Below the pieces are notes generated by a model. It saw only the letters and a list, made by a program, of their open reading frames with translations. It was not told the origin of the DNA and did not search any database. Shown here piece by piece: positions 40,501 to 50,600 of a DNA stretch of 64,000 bases. The stretch comes from Candidatus Delongbacteria bacterium. GTDB taxonomy: Bacteria; CAIWAD01. A program made the position numbers and the translations under genes. Each line of letters starts with the position of its first letter. The first letter of the stretch is position 1. The DNA is taken from assembly GCA_963663545.1 (NCBI GenBank), contig OY760505.1, forward strand, positions 1,024,001-1,088,000, in the 5' to 3' direction.

Positions 40501-43500
40501 TGCCTGGTATGCGTCAACAGATCCGGAAGGACCGAGCTACAACTGGGTGGAAATCAACACAACGGGTACTGAAGTAGACAGTTTGACGGATGTCAACGCA
40601 GTTGGTCCCTTCGCTCTACCCTTCAGCTTCCCCTTCTACGGAAGCAGCTACACGCAGATCTACATCGGAAGCAACGGACTGATTGGCTTCAATAGCGCCA
40701 TCACCTCCGATACAAACCAACTGCTTCCAAGCACCACCTCGCCCAGTAATCTCATTGCAGGATTCTGGGACGATCTGGATCTGGGCGATGGCCGCGGCGC
40801 CGTCTATTACCTGAATGATAGCGCCAACGACCGCTTAATCATCGAGTACGACGGCGCTCCCGACTACCCGGGCGGAACTGGAGCGCAGAATTACTTCCAG
40901 TTCCATCTCTATGCCGATGGCAGCGTCGAGATTCACTATCAGGCGTTGAACGGTGACATCACCTCCTGCACCGTGGGTATGGAAAACGAAGACGGTACGG
41001 TGGGCTTGACCGCCGTTTACAACAACGATGGCTGCCTGCTGGAAACACCAATGGCCATCCGTTTCGCTCAGCTTGAAGGTGACTTCATTGCCCCTGTCAT
41101 CGTCCACGAACCCCTGATCAGCACCGAGACAGAGACTGCGGGTGACATCCTCATCACAGCCGAAATCACGGATGCTGATTCCGATGTGGATCACGCCGAG
41201 TTGTATTACAGCACTGGCGGAGGCTTCACCGAAGTCAGCATGACCAACACTACCGGCAACACCTATACGGGCAGCATTCCGCATCAGGCGCTGAACACAA
41301 CGGTGAGTTACTACCTGCAGGCCACCGATGATAGCGACCGTCAGAATGTTCGTATCACGGACACCTATGACTTCTTGGTGATGAGCTGCGAATGGGCGCC
41401 GCAGAATGTGCAAGCCTCGGATGGCGATCTGGGCACTGTGACGGTCAGTTGGGATACTCCTTGGGGCGAAATGTTCTTCGGTTCCGACTTCCAGCTGAGC
41501 GGCGAAGAACTGATGCAGCGCTACGGCTACAGCAAGGAAGAAGCGATTGTCGCCTACGAGCGGATGCACAGTCCCTACCTCGATCAGGCCAACCGCAACT
41601 TCATCATGTATCACGTACTACGCGATGGCAGTGAAATTGCCACCACGTCCGAGCTGAGCTACGTTGACGACAGCACGATGGGTGGAGTGACTTACACTTA
41701 CACTGTCTCCGCAGAGTACGACGCGTGCACTTCTGATCCTTCTGACGGTGATACAGGCTACGCATTGGAGACCGGTGGACCGGATGAGTTCGGTTACACC
41801 TGGCGTGACAGCTCCGATCCGCTGGGTCCCACCTACGGTTGGATCGAAATCAATTCCCTCGGCACCGCGGTTGAGTTGACTGACGACGACGTCACGGATG
41901 GCGTGTTCATTGGCTTCCCCTTCCCCTTCTACGGTACTGAATACGATTCCATTTTCATCGGCTCCAACGGAGTTCTTGGTTTTGCCACAGAGGGTATCAC
42001 ATCCTGGACCGCAATGCAGTCTCTGCCGGATACCGATACACCCAACAATTTGATCGCCCCCTTCTGGGTTGACTTGGATCCCAGCTACGGCGTTGGTCAG
42101 ATCCTCTACTACTACGATGAAGGCAATAACCGATTCATCGTTGAGTACGATGGTGTTCCCGACTATGACTCAAATGATGAGGGTCTGCAGAACTGGTTCC
42201 AGACCATCCTCTATCCCAACGGCAACATCCTGGTGAATTATCAAAGCCTGCTGGGTGAGGTATCCGAGGTCTACGTTGGCATCGAGAACGCCGACGGCAC
42301 AATTGGTCTGATGTACAGCGAGGAAGGCACAATCACGCCTCTCGAAAGCGAAGTGTCACTCATGTTCTACGGCCCCATCAATTGCGATCCGGTCGTGTGT
42401 AGTGGTGATGACGAAACCGAACCGAACGACGGTTGGGACGGCGACGCTTACACCGCCAACAGCATTGAAAATGGTGATACAATCTGCGGCACCCTCCAGA
42501 TGGACGGTGATACAGCCAACCCCGACTATTTCTTGTATCACCATTTCGGTGGTCAGCTGGCTATCCAAACAGATGTATCCGACTTCGACGCAGTGCTGCG
42601 CGTCCTTGAATCCGAGCAGGACGGTGCGGTGTTGTATGAGGTGGACAACTGGGAACGCTGCGGCAACGAGAGCCTTGCTATTCCAGGTCTTGATAACGGC
42701 GACTACTTCATTGTGGTGGATCACAACAACGATGCCGATCCCATTGTGGGCAACCAGACCTACAGCCTGACCGTTATCGCTTCGGGTGATCCGTGTGCGG
42801 GTCACGAACCCATCAGCTGCGATGGCACTCCCGAAGTGGAGCCCAACGAAGGATGGAACAGCGATCCGGTGTCCTACAACGAAATCGGCAATGATGTCAC
42901 GGTGTGTGGAACCATTGACCGTGTCGATGGCGAAGAAGACAGCGACTGGTATCACTTCACTGTAACGAGTATGGTGGACGTAACCCTGAGTGCTGCCATT
43001 GACGAATTCGACGCCGTGCTCTTCCTCACCGACTTTGATCCCGACGGTTCTGTGCTGGCTCAGGAAGATTTCGGACCTTCCTGCTACCCCGAGACGCTCG
43101 AGTACATTGGTCTGCCCGCCGGTGAGTATTACGCGGTGATCTCGTGCGTTGACGATGTCGACTTCTCTGCCGAGAACTACAGCCTGAATCTGCACTTCAG
43201 TGACACAGTGGTTGGCGAGCCCTGCGGCGACCTTGTCGTTGTTGGCAATCTGGTGGACGCCTATACTGCGGACCGCAGCGCACCGGTGCTTACCCACCAG
43301 GACGGCAACAACTGCCCCGATGCTGGCCACGCAATGGGTCTGGATGACGTGTTCCAGGTGACCCTTACCAGTGCCACTACTCTGCGTATCACCATGCAGG
43401 GCGAAGGCAACGCCGATGAAGTCATTTACCTGATGGGCGATTGCGCGGTGGCAACCTCGTGCGGTGCAATCCAAAACGAGTTCGGTGCTGGTGGCGAGCC

Positions 43501-43894
43501 CGAAGTGCTGGAGATTTCCGGTCTACCGGCACGCACCTACTACGTGGTAGCTGACTTCGCGAATCCTGGCGAGACGGCCCCCTACACCATCACCATTGAT
43601 GATGTGCTGGACGTGGATACCAATGTGGTCTACGACTTTGAGCTGATGGGTAACCATCCGAACCCCTTCAACCCGACAACAACCATCAGCTGGACCCAGC
43701 CCGACTTGGCCGAGGTTCGTCTGCAGGTATGGAATCTGCTGGGCGAAACCGTAGCCAATCTGCGCCTGGGAACGCTGCGCGCTGGCCGCCACGAATTTAT
43801 CTGGGATGCCAGCCAGCTTTCGAGCGGTATGTATATCTATCGCCTGGAAGCCGGAACGAATGCGGCCCAAAGCAAATTGATGGTCATCAAGTAA
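37577..43894 (+). CDS. Giant secreted multidomain protein (~2100 aa): PPC-like, three NIDO-like, cleaved-adhesin-like and Fn3 domains, T9SS-like CTD
   Basis: Three GGPDExGYxW...FPFYG...IGSNG...FWxDL units; ENFESGIP.NW...DEWLVT domain; YxVxR Fn3 strands; GNHPNPFNP CTD. Confidence 0.85.
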   Translation: MRHLLVLGLLLASSSAVWANADLRKELANKASQQGVSLDELLREHDLEAPADGAIGQYLQAKAEGRSIPAWLDRQMNRPGALQNRVGGNTDADAVVINLVAGGDPYEDSGSTVGLSDHTTAACTIGTSSIGCSTTISNTAPDAWYSLTVDTPLSCVANLCGSSYDTKLYIFNSELVMVAGNDDSCGAQSEISCNLPAGDYYIVVDGYNSNSGDYTLSVELVDICADYNDAVLSLSSVPGSISGSTVDAPSIFGSAAGDVGIDIVIPTTGNWDFGSCNEGTDFSTDLYLFDANPCEGGELLLSNEYWAGCTDPSGAAKITALDLAAGTYHLVVSNTGTSEGAFEINVEPTPEAPTSGGPDEYGYIWATSDDAEGPEYEWLEINGSGEIAGTQISGMSDVNCVGPIVLPFTFNFYGINYDSLWIGSNGLVGFNNTVTADGNQNMPNATSPNGLIAGFWDDLDLGDGRGAVYTYYDEGNDRFIVEYDGAPDYPGGTGAQNWFQFHLYSDRSIEIHYMDLQGDRTSCSVGMENEEGTVGLTALYNDTGFLLGNEMAIRFSQLPGDFAPPQIVHTPIVSVETEYAGGIPASVELFDDSDIQRASLYYQLNGAAHTDSTAFAHESGDTWTTTIPMLSAGTIVNYWITAWDDAPDHNYRVSESWSFEVVSYAWPPRNLVATDGELDATWISWDAPAPVAEEGDYFENFESGIPTNWTVYDVDGTNYVWQQYEPTDANGAYEGSYVAGVRYETYGSPSDEWLVTQALQASSESRLVLAARSMYTYTLASGDVVVATGNDLESLQNASVIASTEALSDGAWGQLFIDLSTYAGQEIYLAFHFTGSNGGIYIDDVRFYDLAETPARSGHIPNPGCITGISPEDLMREYGLSREAAKQRILDWERAAAHRDTRNFQQYVVYRNGIELGRTTDLFFEDTAALGSQPGVIYEYTTTAMFDSGESDESNMDQGSWTGRPTSGGPDEMGYAWYASTDPEGPSYNWVEINTTGTEVDSLTDVNAVGPFALPFSFPFYGSSYTQIYIGSNGLIGFNSAITSDTNQLLPSTTSPSNLIAGFWDDLDLGDGRGAVYYLNDSANDRLIIEYDGAPDYPGGTGAQNYFQFHLYADGSVEIHYQALNGDITSCTVGMENEDGTVGLTAVYNNDGCLLETPMAIRFAQLEGDFIAPVIVHEPLISTETETAGDILITAEITDADSDVDHAELYYSTGGGFTEVSMTNTTGNTYTGSIPHQALNTTVSYYLQATDDSDRQNVRITDTYDFLVMSCEWAPQNVQASDGDLGTVTVSWDTPWGEMFFGSDFQLSGEELMQRYGYSKEEAIVAYERMHSPYLDQANRNFIMYHVLRDGSEIATTSELSYVDDSTMGGVTYTYTVSAEYDACTSDPSDGDTGYALETGGPDEFGYTWRDSSDPLGPTYGWIEINSLGTAVELTDDDVTDGVFIGFPFPFYGTEYDSIFIGSNGVLGFATEGITSWTAMQSLPDTDTPNNLIAPFWVDLDPSYGVGQILYYYDEGNNRFIVEYDGVPDYDSNDEGLQNWFQTILYPNGNILVNYQSLLGEVSEVYVGIENADGTIGLMYSEEGTITPLESEVSLMFYGPINCDPVVCSGDDETEPNDGWDGDAYTANSIENGDTICGTLQMDGDTANPDYFLYHHFGGQLAIQTDVSDFDAVLRVLESEQDGAVLYEVDNWERCGNESLAIPGLDNGDYFIVVDHNNDADPIVGNQTYSLTVIASGDPCAGHEPISCDGTPEVEPNEGWNSDPVSYNEIGNDVTVCGTIDRVDGEEDSDWYHFTVTSMVDVTLSAAIDEFDAVLFLTDFDPDGSVLAQEDFGPSCYPETLEYIGLPAGEYYAVISCVDDVDFSAENYSLNLHFSDTVVGEPCGDLVVVGNLVDAYTADRSAPVLTHQDGNNCPDAGHAMGLDDVFQVTLTSATTLRITMQGEGNADEVIYLMGDCAVATSCGAIQNEFGAGGEPEVLEISGLPARTYYVVADFANPGETAPYTITIDDVLDVDTNVVYDFELMGNHPNPFNPTTTISWTQPDLAEVRLQVWNLLGETVANLRLGTLRAGRHEFIWDASQLSSGMYIYRLEAGTNAAQSKLMVIK

Positions 43895-43903
43895 TGCCTT
43901 TTC

Positions 43904-43934
43904 GAATCCCCGGCCACCTGGTCGGGGATTCTCT
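43904..43934 (+). terminator. Stem-loop, probable terminator
   Basis: GAATCCCCGGCCA-cc-TGGTCGGGGATTC-TCT. Confidence 0.6.
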
Positions 43935-44229
43935 CCACAATCTCCCCGGTTGTGGAGTTGCCTCTTCCATCTACCTTGAATGCGGGTGCCCGGCAGGCGC
44001 CCGCGTTCTATTTGGCCGAAAGCTGAAATGCCCAGCAGTTTTCGCTCGCTTTGCGCAAGGCTGCGTTTTACCTTTTTCAATCTGAAACCTCCCTTGAATC
44101 GACGTGGATTTTGACCAAATCATAGATACCGAAAACGCAGAGTCCTCTGCGCGGATGTGTGATACAAGTGCGTACACGATGCGTGTGTATGCTGTTGACG
44201 CACATCCTGGGCAACTCAGGAGAGATGTG

Positions 44230-47200
44230 ATGAAGCAGTTTCTTGTCGCTGGCCTGCTCCTGCTAAGCTGTGGCCTCGCGTGGGGTCTTAGCCCCGCTGA
44301 GCTGGCTGAGAAGTCCCGTTTGACAGGCGTCCCCCTGCAGAATTTATTGGCCGAGTTTGCTCCTCTTCCCGAGGACGCGAGCAACATGAGCCAGACGGAG
44401 TTCCTTTACCTGCAGTACAAGTTGACCCAAACGCCTCTTCCACATTGGCTGCAAACTGCGGTCAATCCTGTCGTGGAAAACGGGCAGGGAAGCCGTGTCG
44501 GCGGTGATACAGACGCTGATGCGGTGGAAATTGAGTTGGAAGTAGGCGGTGATGCCTACACCGATTCGGGCACAACCGTGGGTCTGAGTGATCATACCAC
44601 GGTGGCGTGCACCATCGACGGAAGTCCTCTCGGCTGCGTCACAGCCGCTAGCAACCAGGCACCCGACGCCTGGTATGTGATCACACTCGACACTCAGTGC
44701 ACCATGACCGCGTCCCTCTGTGGTTCCAGCTATGACACCATGCTTTTCTTTTTCGATGAAGACTACATCCAGCAGGCGGGCAACGACGACTACTGCAGCC
44801 TGCAATCCCAAGTCTCCTGCCTGATGCCAGCCGGCACTTACTATGTGGTAGTGGACGGGTATTCCACCAACTCCGGCGCATACACCCTCTCGGTTTCGCT
44901 AGCCGATGTCTGTGCGGACTACACCGACGCCCTCCTCACGCTGAACGAGATTCCCGGAAGCATCAGTGGCAATACGACAGGCGCCCCGGATGTTATCAAT
45001 AGCGCTGCGGGCGATGTGGGAATTGAGTTCACCCTGGACACTGACGGCGTCTGGGACATCAACTCCTGCCTGGAGGGCACAAGCTTCAGCGTTGACCTGT
45101 ACTTGTACGATGGCAATCCCTGCGAAGATGGGGAATTGCTGCTCTCCAATACTAATTACGCCGCGTGCTCGGAGCACTCCTATTCGGCACGCATCCGCAA
45201 TCAGGAGCTCAATGCTGGCACCTACCATCTGGTAGTCAGCAATACGGGTACGAGTGAGGGTGCGTTTACGGTTGAAGTGCAACCCGCTCCGGACGCCCCC
45301 AGCAGCGGCGGTCCAGATGAATTCGGCTACACCTGGATCAGTAGTGAAGATGCGGAAGGTCCCGAGTTTGAGTGGATCGATGTTTCAGGTACGGGCACGG
45401 TACTCAGCTTATCGGACGACGACTGCTCAGACGCGATCGATCTGGGTTTTACTTTCCCCTACTATGAAGAATCGTATTCAAGTGTTCATATCGCGTCGAA
45501 TGGCTACATCGGATTCACAACGACTGGAATGAGCTCACTAGGCTCACCGGGCATTCCAAATGAGGCGGCTCCAAACGATTTGATTGCCGGCTTCTGGGAC
45601 GACTTGAATCCTACAGGGACCAGCTCGGTGATCTACGAATCCCAGCCGGAAGAGGGGCGCTTTATCGTGCAATACAACGGTATACCTCCTTATGGCAGCA
45701 CCGGTGCCTTCTACTTCCAGATTGTCCTGTACGAAAGTGGCGACTTCTGGATCAACCTGCTGGATATGATGGAGGAAGATCTCAATCTCTGCACCCTCGG
45801 CAATGAAAACGCTGACGGCAGCATGGGCCTGGAAATCCGCTACAGTGGCGAAGGTGCGCTGCTCGCGGACAGCACGAGCTTCCAATTCATCGCCCTCGAA
45901 GGAGACTTTGCCGCACCAAGCATCATCCACACGCCACCGGAAAGCGGCGAAGCCGAAGCGGAAGGCTATTCGATTGAAGCCGAGTTGACCGACCTTTCTG
46001 GAATTCAGCGCGCAACCATCTACTACAGACTGGATGAGGTCAGCGACCCGGACAGCGTCTCAATGAGCCTGGGCTTGCGCGACGCCTGGAGCGGGAGCAT
46101 TCCGCAGCAGGAAGGTGGGAGCACCGTCTACTACTGGCTCAAGGCCTGGGACAACTCCGAACGCCACAATGCACGGCAAAGCGAGGCGTGGAGCTTCCCG
46201 ATTCTGAGCTACTATTGGCCCCCGCAGAACGTGAACGCGAGCGATGGCGGCTACAATCGTACGCTCATCACCTGGACTCCACCCGCGGAGCCTGTCGGTC
46301 CCGATGAACTACTGGAATCCTTCGAGGCTGGAATTCCGGTGGAATGGCCGATTCACAGCCTGGACGGCACCTCTTCTGTCTGGCAGCAAGTCAGTCCGAT
46401 GGACGGTGAAGGTGCGGTAAGCGGACTACGAGTCGCGGGCATCAATCAGGAAGACGGCGGCACTGCCGGCAATGAGTTCATGATGACCCAAGGGCTGATG
46501 ATGGGTGCAGACGCCCAACTCAGCTTCTACTACCGCAGCTCATACTCGTGGAGCAGTTCCAGCTTCAATCTGGTGCTTTCCACAAGCGGCAACGATGAAG
46601 CAGACGCCACCGCGGCAGTTGTGCTTGAAAGCCTCAGCGGCAGCGGAACCTGGACACAGGCAGTGGTTGACCTCTCGGCGTACTCCAACCAGACGGTGTA
46701 TCTGGGCTGGCACTTCACCGGGACGAGTGGCTATGGCTTGTACCTGGACGACGTGCACTTCACCGGGCTTGATGTTCCCGTGCAGTGCGAGGGTCATCGC
46801 CCCAGCCCGGGTGTGGTCTTCCCTGGACGACCCGAACTGCTGGCCCATCAGCAAGGCATAAGTGTTCCGCAGGCAATACGGCTTCTGCAGCAATGGCAGC
46901 GTGAGCTGGAAGCCAATCGCGTGTTCCAGACCTACGTCGTGTATCGTGACGCTATGGAGATCGGACGCACAGGCGATCTGTTCTTCGAAGACAACGCCGC
47001 TCTGGGAAGCCTGGAGGATGTCGTTTACGATTACACGGTCAGCGCCTTGTACGACATCGGAGAGAGTGAGGCCTCCGTCGCCAACGAAGGCCACTGGACC
47101 GGGCGTCCCGCTTCCGGTGGACCGGATGATTTCGGCTATTCATGGTACAGCAACAGCCATCCGGATGGCCCCGAGTTCGAGACGCTGGACATTTCTACCA

Positions 47201-50200
47201 TGGGTACACAGCTGGACATTTTCGGTCTGGACGCCTCGGATACGATCGAACTCCCCTTCGATTTCTTCTTCTACGCCCTGCCCTACAGCCAGGTGACGGT
47301 CAGCTCGAACGGCTACCTGACCTTCGGCACCTATGGACTGGTCTACAACAATACCTCGATTCCCTCCACCATAATGCCCAACGATCTGATTGCCGTGTTC
47401 TGGGATGATCTGAACATGGACAGCCAGTCCAAGGTGTACGGATACAACGATGAGGCTAACGAGCGATTCATTCTCCAATGGACGCATATGCGCACCTTTG
47501 CCCAGGAAACGGCGGATCTCACCTTCCAGGCGATCCTCTATCCGCAGGGCGAAATCGTGCTGCAGTATGTGAACATGCAAGCCAATGATTTGAGCAGTGC
47601 CACTTCGGGCGTCGAAGATGCAAGCGGCTCAATGGGGTTGCAGGTGCACTACGCGGGCGATGGTGGTCCGGTGGAGAGTGGAAGTGCTGTGCTAATGGGC
47701 GGGCTCGAGAATGACTTCATGCCGCCCTATGTTGCCATGAGCCAGCTTGAGGATGTCGAAACCGAGATCGAAGGCGATTACACGGTGAGCGCCGAGATCT
47801 TTGACAACGCTTCAGGAATCGCCGAAGCCCTGGTGTACTACAGCACAGGCGGGGCCTACACTTCGATCGCCATGACCAATACTTCGGAATCGACGTATAC
47901 CGCCGCGATCCCGCACCAGGATGCAGGCGTCAGCGTCAACTACTACATAGAAGCCACCGACGGTAGCGCGGCAGGAAACACAACGACATCACTGAGCAGC
48001 TCCTTCTATGTCATCTCCTGCGAGTGGGCACCCAACAACATTGTTGCCAGTGAAGGTGTACTGGCGCAGGTGCTGGTGACCTGGACCGAACCTTGGCTGA
48101 ACACTTTCTTTGGCGCGGATGGTGCTCGCAGCATTGAGGAACTTTGTCTTGTTCACGACTGGAGCAAGTCGGTGGCAAGCGCCTACTACGAAGCCATGCA
48201 CCGGCCACTGCAGCAGAATGATCGCTCCTTCCTGATGTATCACATTCTGAGGAACGGCGAGGAGATCGGTACGACTACCGATTTGATTTTCGCCGATACC
48301 GAGACAACCGGCCTGGTCCCGGGAACCACGTACTCCTATTCGGTCAGCGCCGAATACGAAGCCTGCACTTCAGATCCGGGAACTCCCGACAGTGGATCCG
48401 CTGCGGTCCCGGGTGGACCGGACGCCTATGGGTATACCTGGCGCAATAGCAACAACGCTGTGGGGCCCGTGTTTGAGTGGGTTGACATCAGCAGCGTCGG
48501 CACGAACCTGGGCATTGTCGGCGACGACGAGGAGGGAACGGTTACGTTATCCTTTGACTTCCCCTTCTACGGTGAGATGAAGACAAGTGCGACAGTCTCC
48601 TCCAACGGCTTCCTCAGCTTTGGTACTGAAGCCTGGCATTACAGCAATTCTGAGTTACCCGATGCGGACGAACCGAATGATGGCATCTACCCACTGTGGG
48701 ATGACTTGACAACAACGAACAGTGGCGATGTCTACTTCTACGATGATACGGACAACAATCGCGCCATCCTGCAGTGGCAGGATGTGCCTCACTTGAATGG
48801 CGATGACGGCCCCTATACCTTCCAATTGATCCTGTATCCAAACGGCAATATGCTCATACAGTACCAGTCGCTGGGCACCGGTGTCGTTGATTGCACCGTT
48901 GGCATTGAGAACGCTGACGGTTCCATGGGGCTGATGTATCACTACAACGGCGAAATTGGGTCCATGACCCATGAGCTGGCTGTGATGTTCTATGCTCCGA
49001 TCAATTGCGATCCCGTTGAATGCCAAGGCGAAAACGAGATTGAGCCCAATGATGGCTGGGAGGGAGGAGCTTATACCGCCAACGAGATCGACGCCGGTGA
49101 TACGGTCTGCGGCACGTTGTTCATGGATGGCAACAGCGCCAACCCGGACTACTACTTGTACAATCACTTCGGTGGCGGTCTGGCAATCAGCACGACGATG
49201 TCCGATTTTAACGGCGTCCTGCGTGTTCTGGAAGCTGAACAAAACGGCGCTGTGTTGTTCGAGGCCGATGAGTGGGAGCGCTGCGGAAATGAGTCGCTCG
49301 TCATCCCCGGGTTGGAGAATGGCCAGTACTTCATTGTGGTAGATCACGACAACGACGATCCGGCCATTGAAGGCAATCAAACCTATAGTATGACGCTGGT
49401 GTCAATGGGCGATCCCTGCGATGGACATGAGCCCATCACCTGCGATGGAACACCCGAAGTGGAGCCGAACGAGGGCTGGAACAGCAACCCAGCGTCCTAC
49501 AACGAAATCAGTTCAGGCGACACCTATTGCGGAACCATCGCCAGAGTCGCCGGCGACGAGCAGAGTGACTGGTATCACTTCAACCTGAGCGAAGCCCAAG
49601 ATGTGTACCTGCAAGCCGAAGTGGACGAATTCAACGCTGTTCTGTTCATCACCGATTTTGATCCCGAAGGTTCGGTATTGGCCGACATGGATTACGGCCC
49701 CTCGTGCTACCCGGAAGAGCTCGTGTACTACGGTCTGCCTGCGGGTGACTACTATGCTGTGATTTCTTGCGTGGATGATGTGGATTTCACCGAGCAGAGT
49801 TATAGCCTGCACCTGGAAGTACAGGAAAGCTCCGTTGCTGGCCCCTGCGACCATCTGGTTGATGCCGGTGCGCTTGTTGATGAGTACTCCGTCACACGTC
49901 CGGCCCCGACATGGATGCACCAAAACGGCATCGATGGTTGCCCGGGAAGTATACCGTCCTGGGGTTATGATGAAGTCCATGCTCTGACGCTGACGGGCAC
50001 CAGCAATAGTATTCAAATCACTATGCAAGGCGAAGGCAATGCGGATGAAGTGATTATGCTCATGGGCGATTGTGCAGTGCCCGCTTCTTGCGGCGCAATT
50101 CAGGACGAGTTCGGTATGGGATCAGAAGCTGAAGTGCTTCAAATCGATGGTTTGCCGCCGCGCACCTATTACATCGTTGCGGATTTTGCCAACGCGGGAG

Positions 50201-50523
50201 AAAGTGCCGCGTATACGCTTACTGTGGCGGATATGTTGGCGCTAGAGCATGGGCTGGTGTACGATTTCGAGCTGCTGGGAAATCATCCGAATCCGTTCAA
50301 CCCGACGACGAGTATTGTCTGGACCCAACCGAGTCTTGTGGACGTCAAGCTTCGTGTGTGGAATCTGCTGGGCGAGGTCGTGTATGAACGACGGTTGGGC
50401 ACGCTTCCCGCTGGAAGACATGAGTTCCGGTGGGATGCAAGCAGCCTGTCTAGTGGTCTTTATGTCTACAGGCTTCAGGCAGGCGAACAAACGGCGCAAG
50501 GGAAGTTGATGCTGCTCAAGTGA
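44230..50523 (+). CDS. Giant secreted multidomain protein, full-length paralog of 37577..43894
   Basis: Colinear domains; long near-identical peptides such as GHEPIxCDGTPEVEPNEGWNS and ITMQGEGNADEVIxLMGDCAV. Confidence 0.85.
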   Translation: MKQFLVAGLLLLSCGLAWGLSPAELAEKSRLTGVPLQNLLAEFAPLPEDASNMSQTEFLYLQYKLTQTPLPHWLQTAVNPVVENGQGSRVGGDTDADAVEIELEVGGDAYTDSGTTVGLSDHTTVACTIDGSPLGCVTAASNQAPDAWYVITLDTQCTMTASLCGSSYDTMLFFFDEDYIQQAGNDDYCSLQSQVSCLMPAGTYYVVVDGYSTNSGAYTLSVSLADVCADYTDALLTLNEIPGSISGNTTGAPDVINSAAGDVGIEFTLDTDGVWDINSCLEGTSFSVDLYLYDGNPCEDGELLLSNTNYAACSEHSYSARIRNQELNAGTYHLVVSNTGTSEGAFTVEVQPAPDAPSSGGPDEFGYTWISSEDAEGPEFEWIDVSGTGTVLSLSDDDCSDAIDLGFTFPYYEESYSSVHIASNGYIGFTTTGMSSLGSPGIPNEAAPNDLIAGFWDDLNPTGTSSVIYESQPEEGRFIVQYNGIPPYGSTGAFYFQIVLYESGDFWINLLDMMEEDLNLCTLGNENADGSMGLEIRYSGEGALLADSTSFQFIALEGDFAAPSIIHTPPESGEAEAEGYSIEAELTDLSGIQRATIYYRLDEVSDPDSVSMSLGLRDAWSGSIPQQEGGSTVYYWLKAWDNSERHNARQSEAWSFPILSYYWPPQNVNASDGGYNRTLITWTPPAEPVGPDELLESFEAGIPVEWPIHSLDGTSSVWQQVSPMDGEGAVSGLRVAGINQEDGGTAGNEFMMTQGLMMGADAQLSFYYRSSYSWSSSSFNLVLSTSGNDEADATAAVVLESLSGSGTWTQAVVDLSAYSNQTVYLGWHFTGTSGYGLYLDDVHFTGLDVPVQCEGHRPSPGVVFPGRPELLAHQQGISVPQAIRLLQQWQRELEANRVFQTYVVYRDAMEIGRTGDLFFEDNAALGSLEDVVYDYTVSALYDIGESEASVANEGHWTGRPASGGPDDFGYSWYSNSHPDGPEFETLDISTMGTQLDIFGLDASDTIELPFDFFFYALPYSQVTVSSNGYLTFGTYGLVYNNTSIPSTIMPNDLIAVFWDDLNMDSQSKVYGYNDEANERFILQWTHMRTFAQETADLTFQAILYPQGEIVLQYVNMQANDLSSATSGVEDASGSMGLQVHYAGDGGPVESGSAVLMGGLENDFMPPYVAMSQLEDVETEIEGDYTVSAEIFDNASGIAEALVYYSTGGAYTSIAMTNTSESTYTAAIPHQDAGVSVNYYIEATDGSAAGNTTTSLSSSFYVISCEWAPNNIVASEGVLAQVLVTWTEPWLNTFFGADGARSIEELCLVHDWSKSVASAYYEAMHRPLQQNDRSFLMYHILRNGEEIGTTTDLIFADTETTGLVPGTTYSYSVSAEYEACTSDPGTPDSGSAAVPGGPDAYGYTWRNSNNAVGPVFEWVDISSVGTNLGIVGDDEEGTVTLSFDFPFYGEMKTSATVSSNGFLSFGTEAWHYSNSELPDADEPNDGIYPLWDDLTTTNSGDVYFYDDTDNNRAILQWQDVPHLNGDDGPYTFQLILYPNGNMLIQYQSLGTGVVDCTVGIENADGSMGLMYHYNGEIGSMTHELAVMFYAPINCDPVECQGENEIEPNDGWEGGAYTANEIDAGDTVCGTLFMDGNSANPDYYLYNHFGGGLAISTTMSDFNGVLRVLEAEQNGAVLFEADEWERCGNESLVIPGLENGQYFIVVDHDNDDPAIEGNQTYSMTLVSMGDPCDGHEPITCDGTPEVEPNEGWNSNPASYNEISSGDTYCGTIARVAGDEQSDWYHFNLSEAQDVYLQAEVDEFNAVLFITDFDPEGSVLADMDYGPSCYPEELVYYGLPAGDYYAVISCVDDVDFTEQSYSLHLEVQESSVAGPCDHLVDAGALVDEYSVTRPAPTWMHQNGIDGCPGSIPSWGYDEVHALTLTGTSNSIQITMQGEGNADEVIMLMGDCAVPASCGAIQDEFGMGSEAEVLQIDGLPPRTYYIVADFANAGESAAYTLTVADMLALEHGLVYDFELLGNHPNPFNPTTSIVWTQPSLVDVKLRVWNLLGEVVYERRLGTLPAGRHEFRWDASSLSSGLYVYRLQAGEQTAQGKLMLLK

Positions 50524-50571
50524 CGCAAGGTTGCAGCATCGCTGCAGCATTGTTTCAGCACGCCAAGACAA

Positions 50572-50600
50572 AACGCCCTCTGTTTACCACAGAGGGCGTT
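50572..50600. terminator. Perfect 12-bp hairpin between convergent genes (possible bidirectional terminator)
   Basis: AACGCCCTCTGT-ttacc-ACAGAGGGCGTT with an A tract on the left. Confidence 0.7.
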
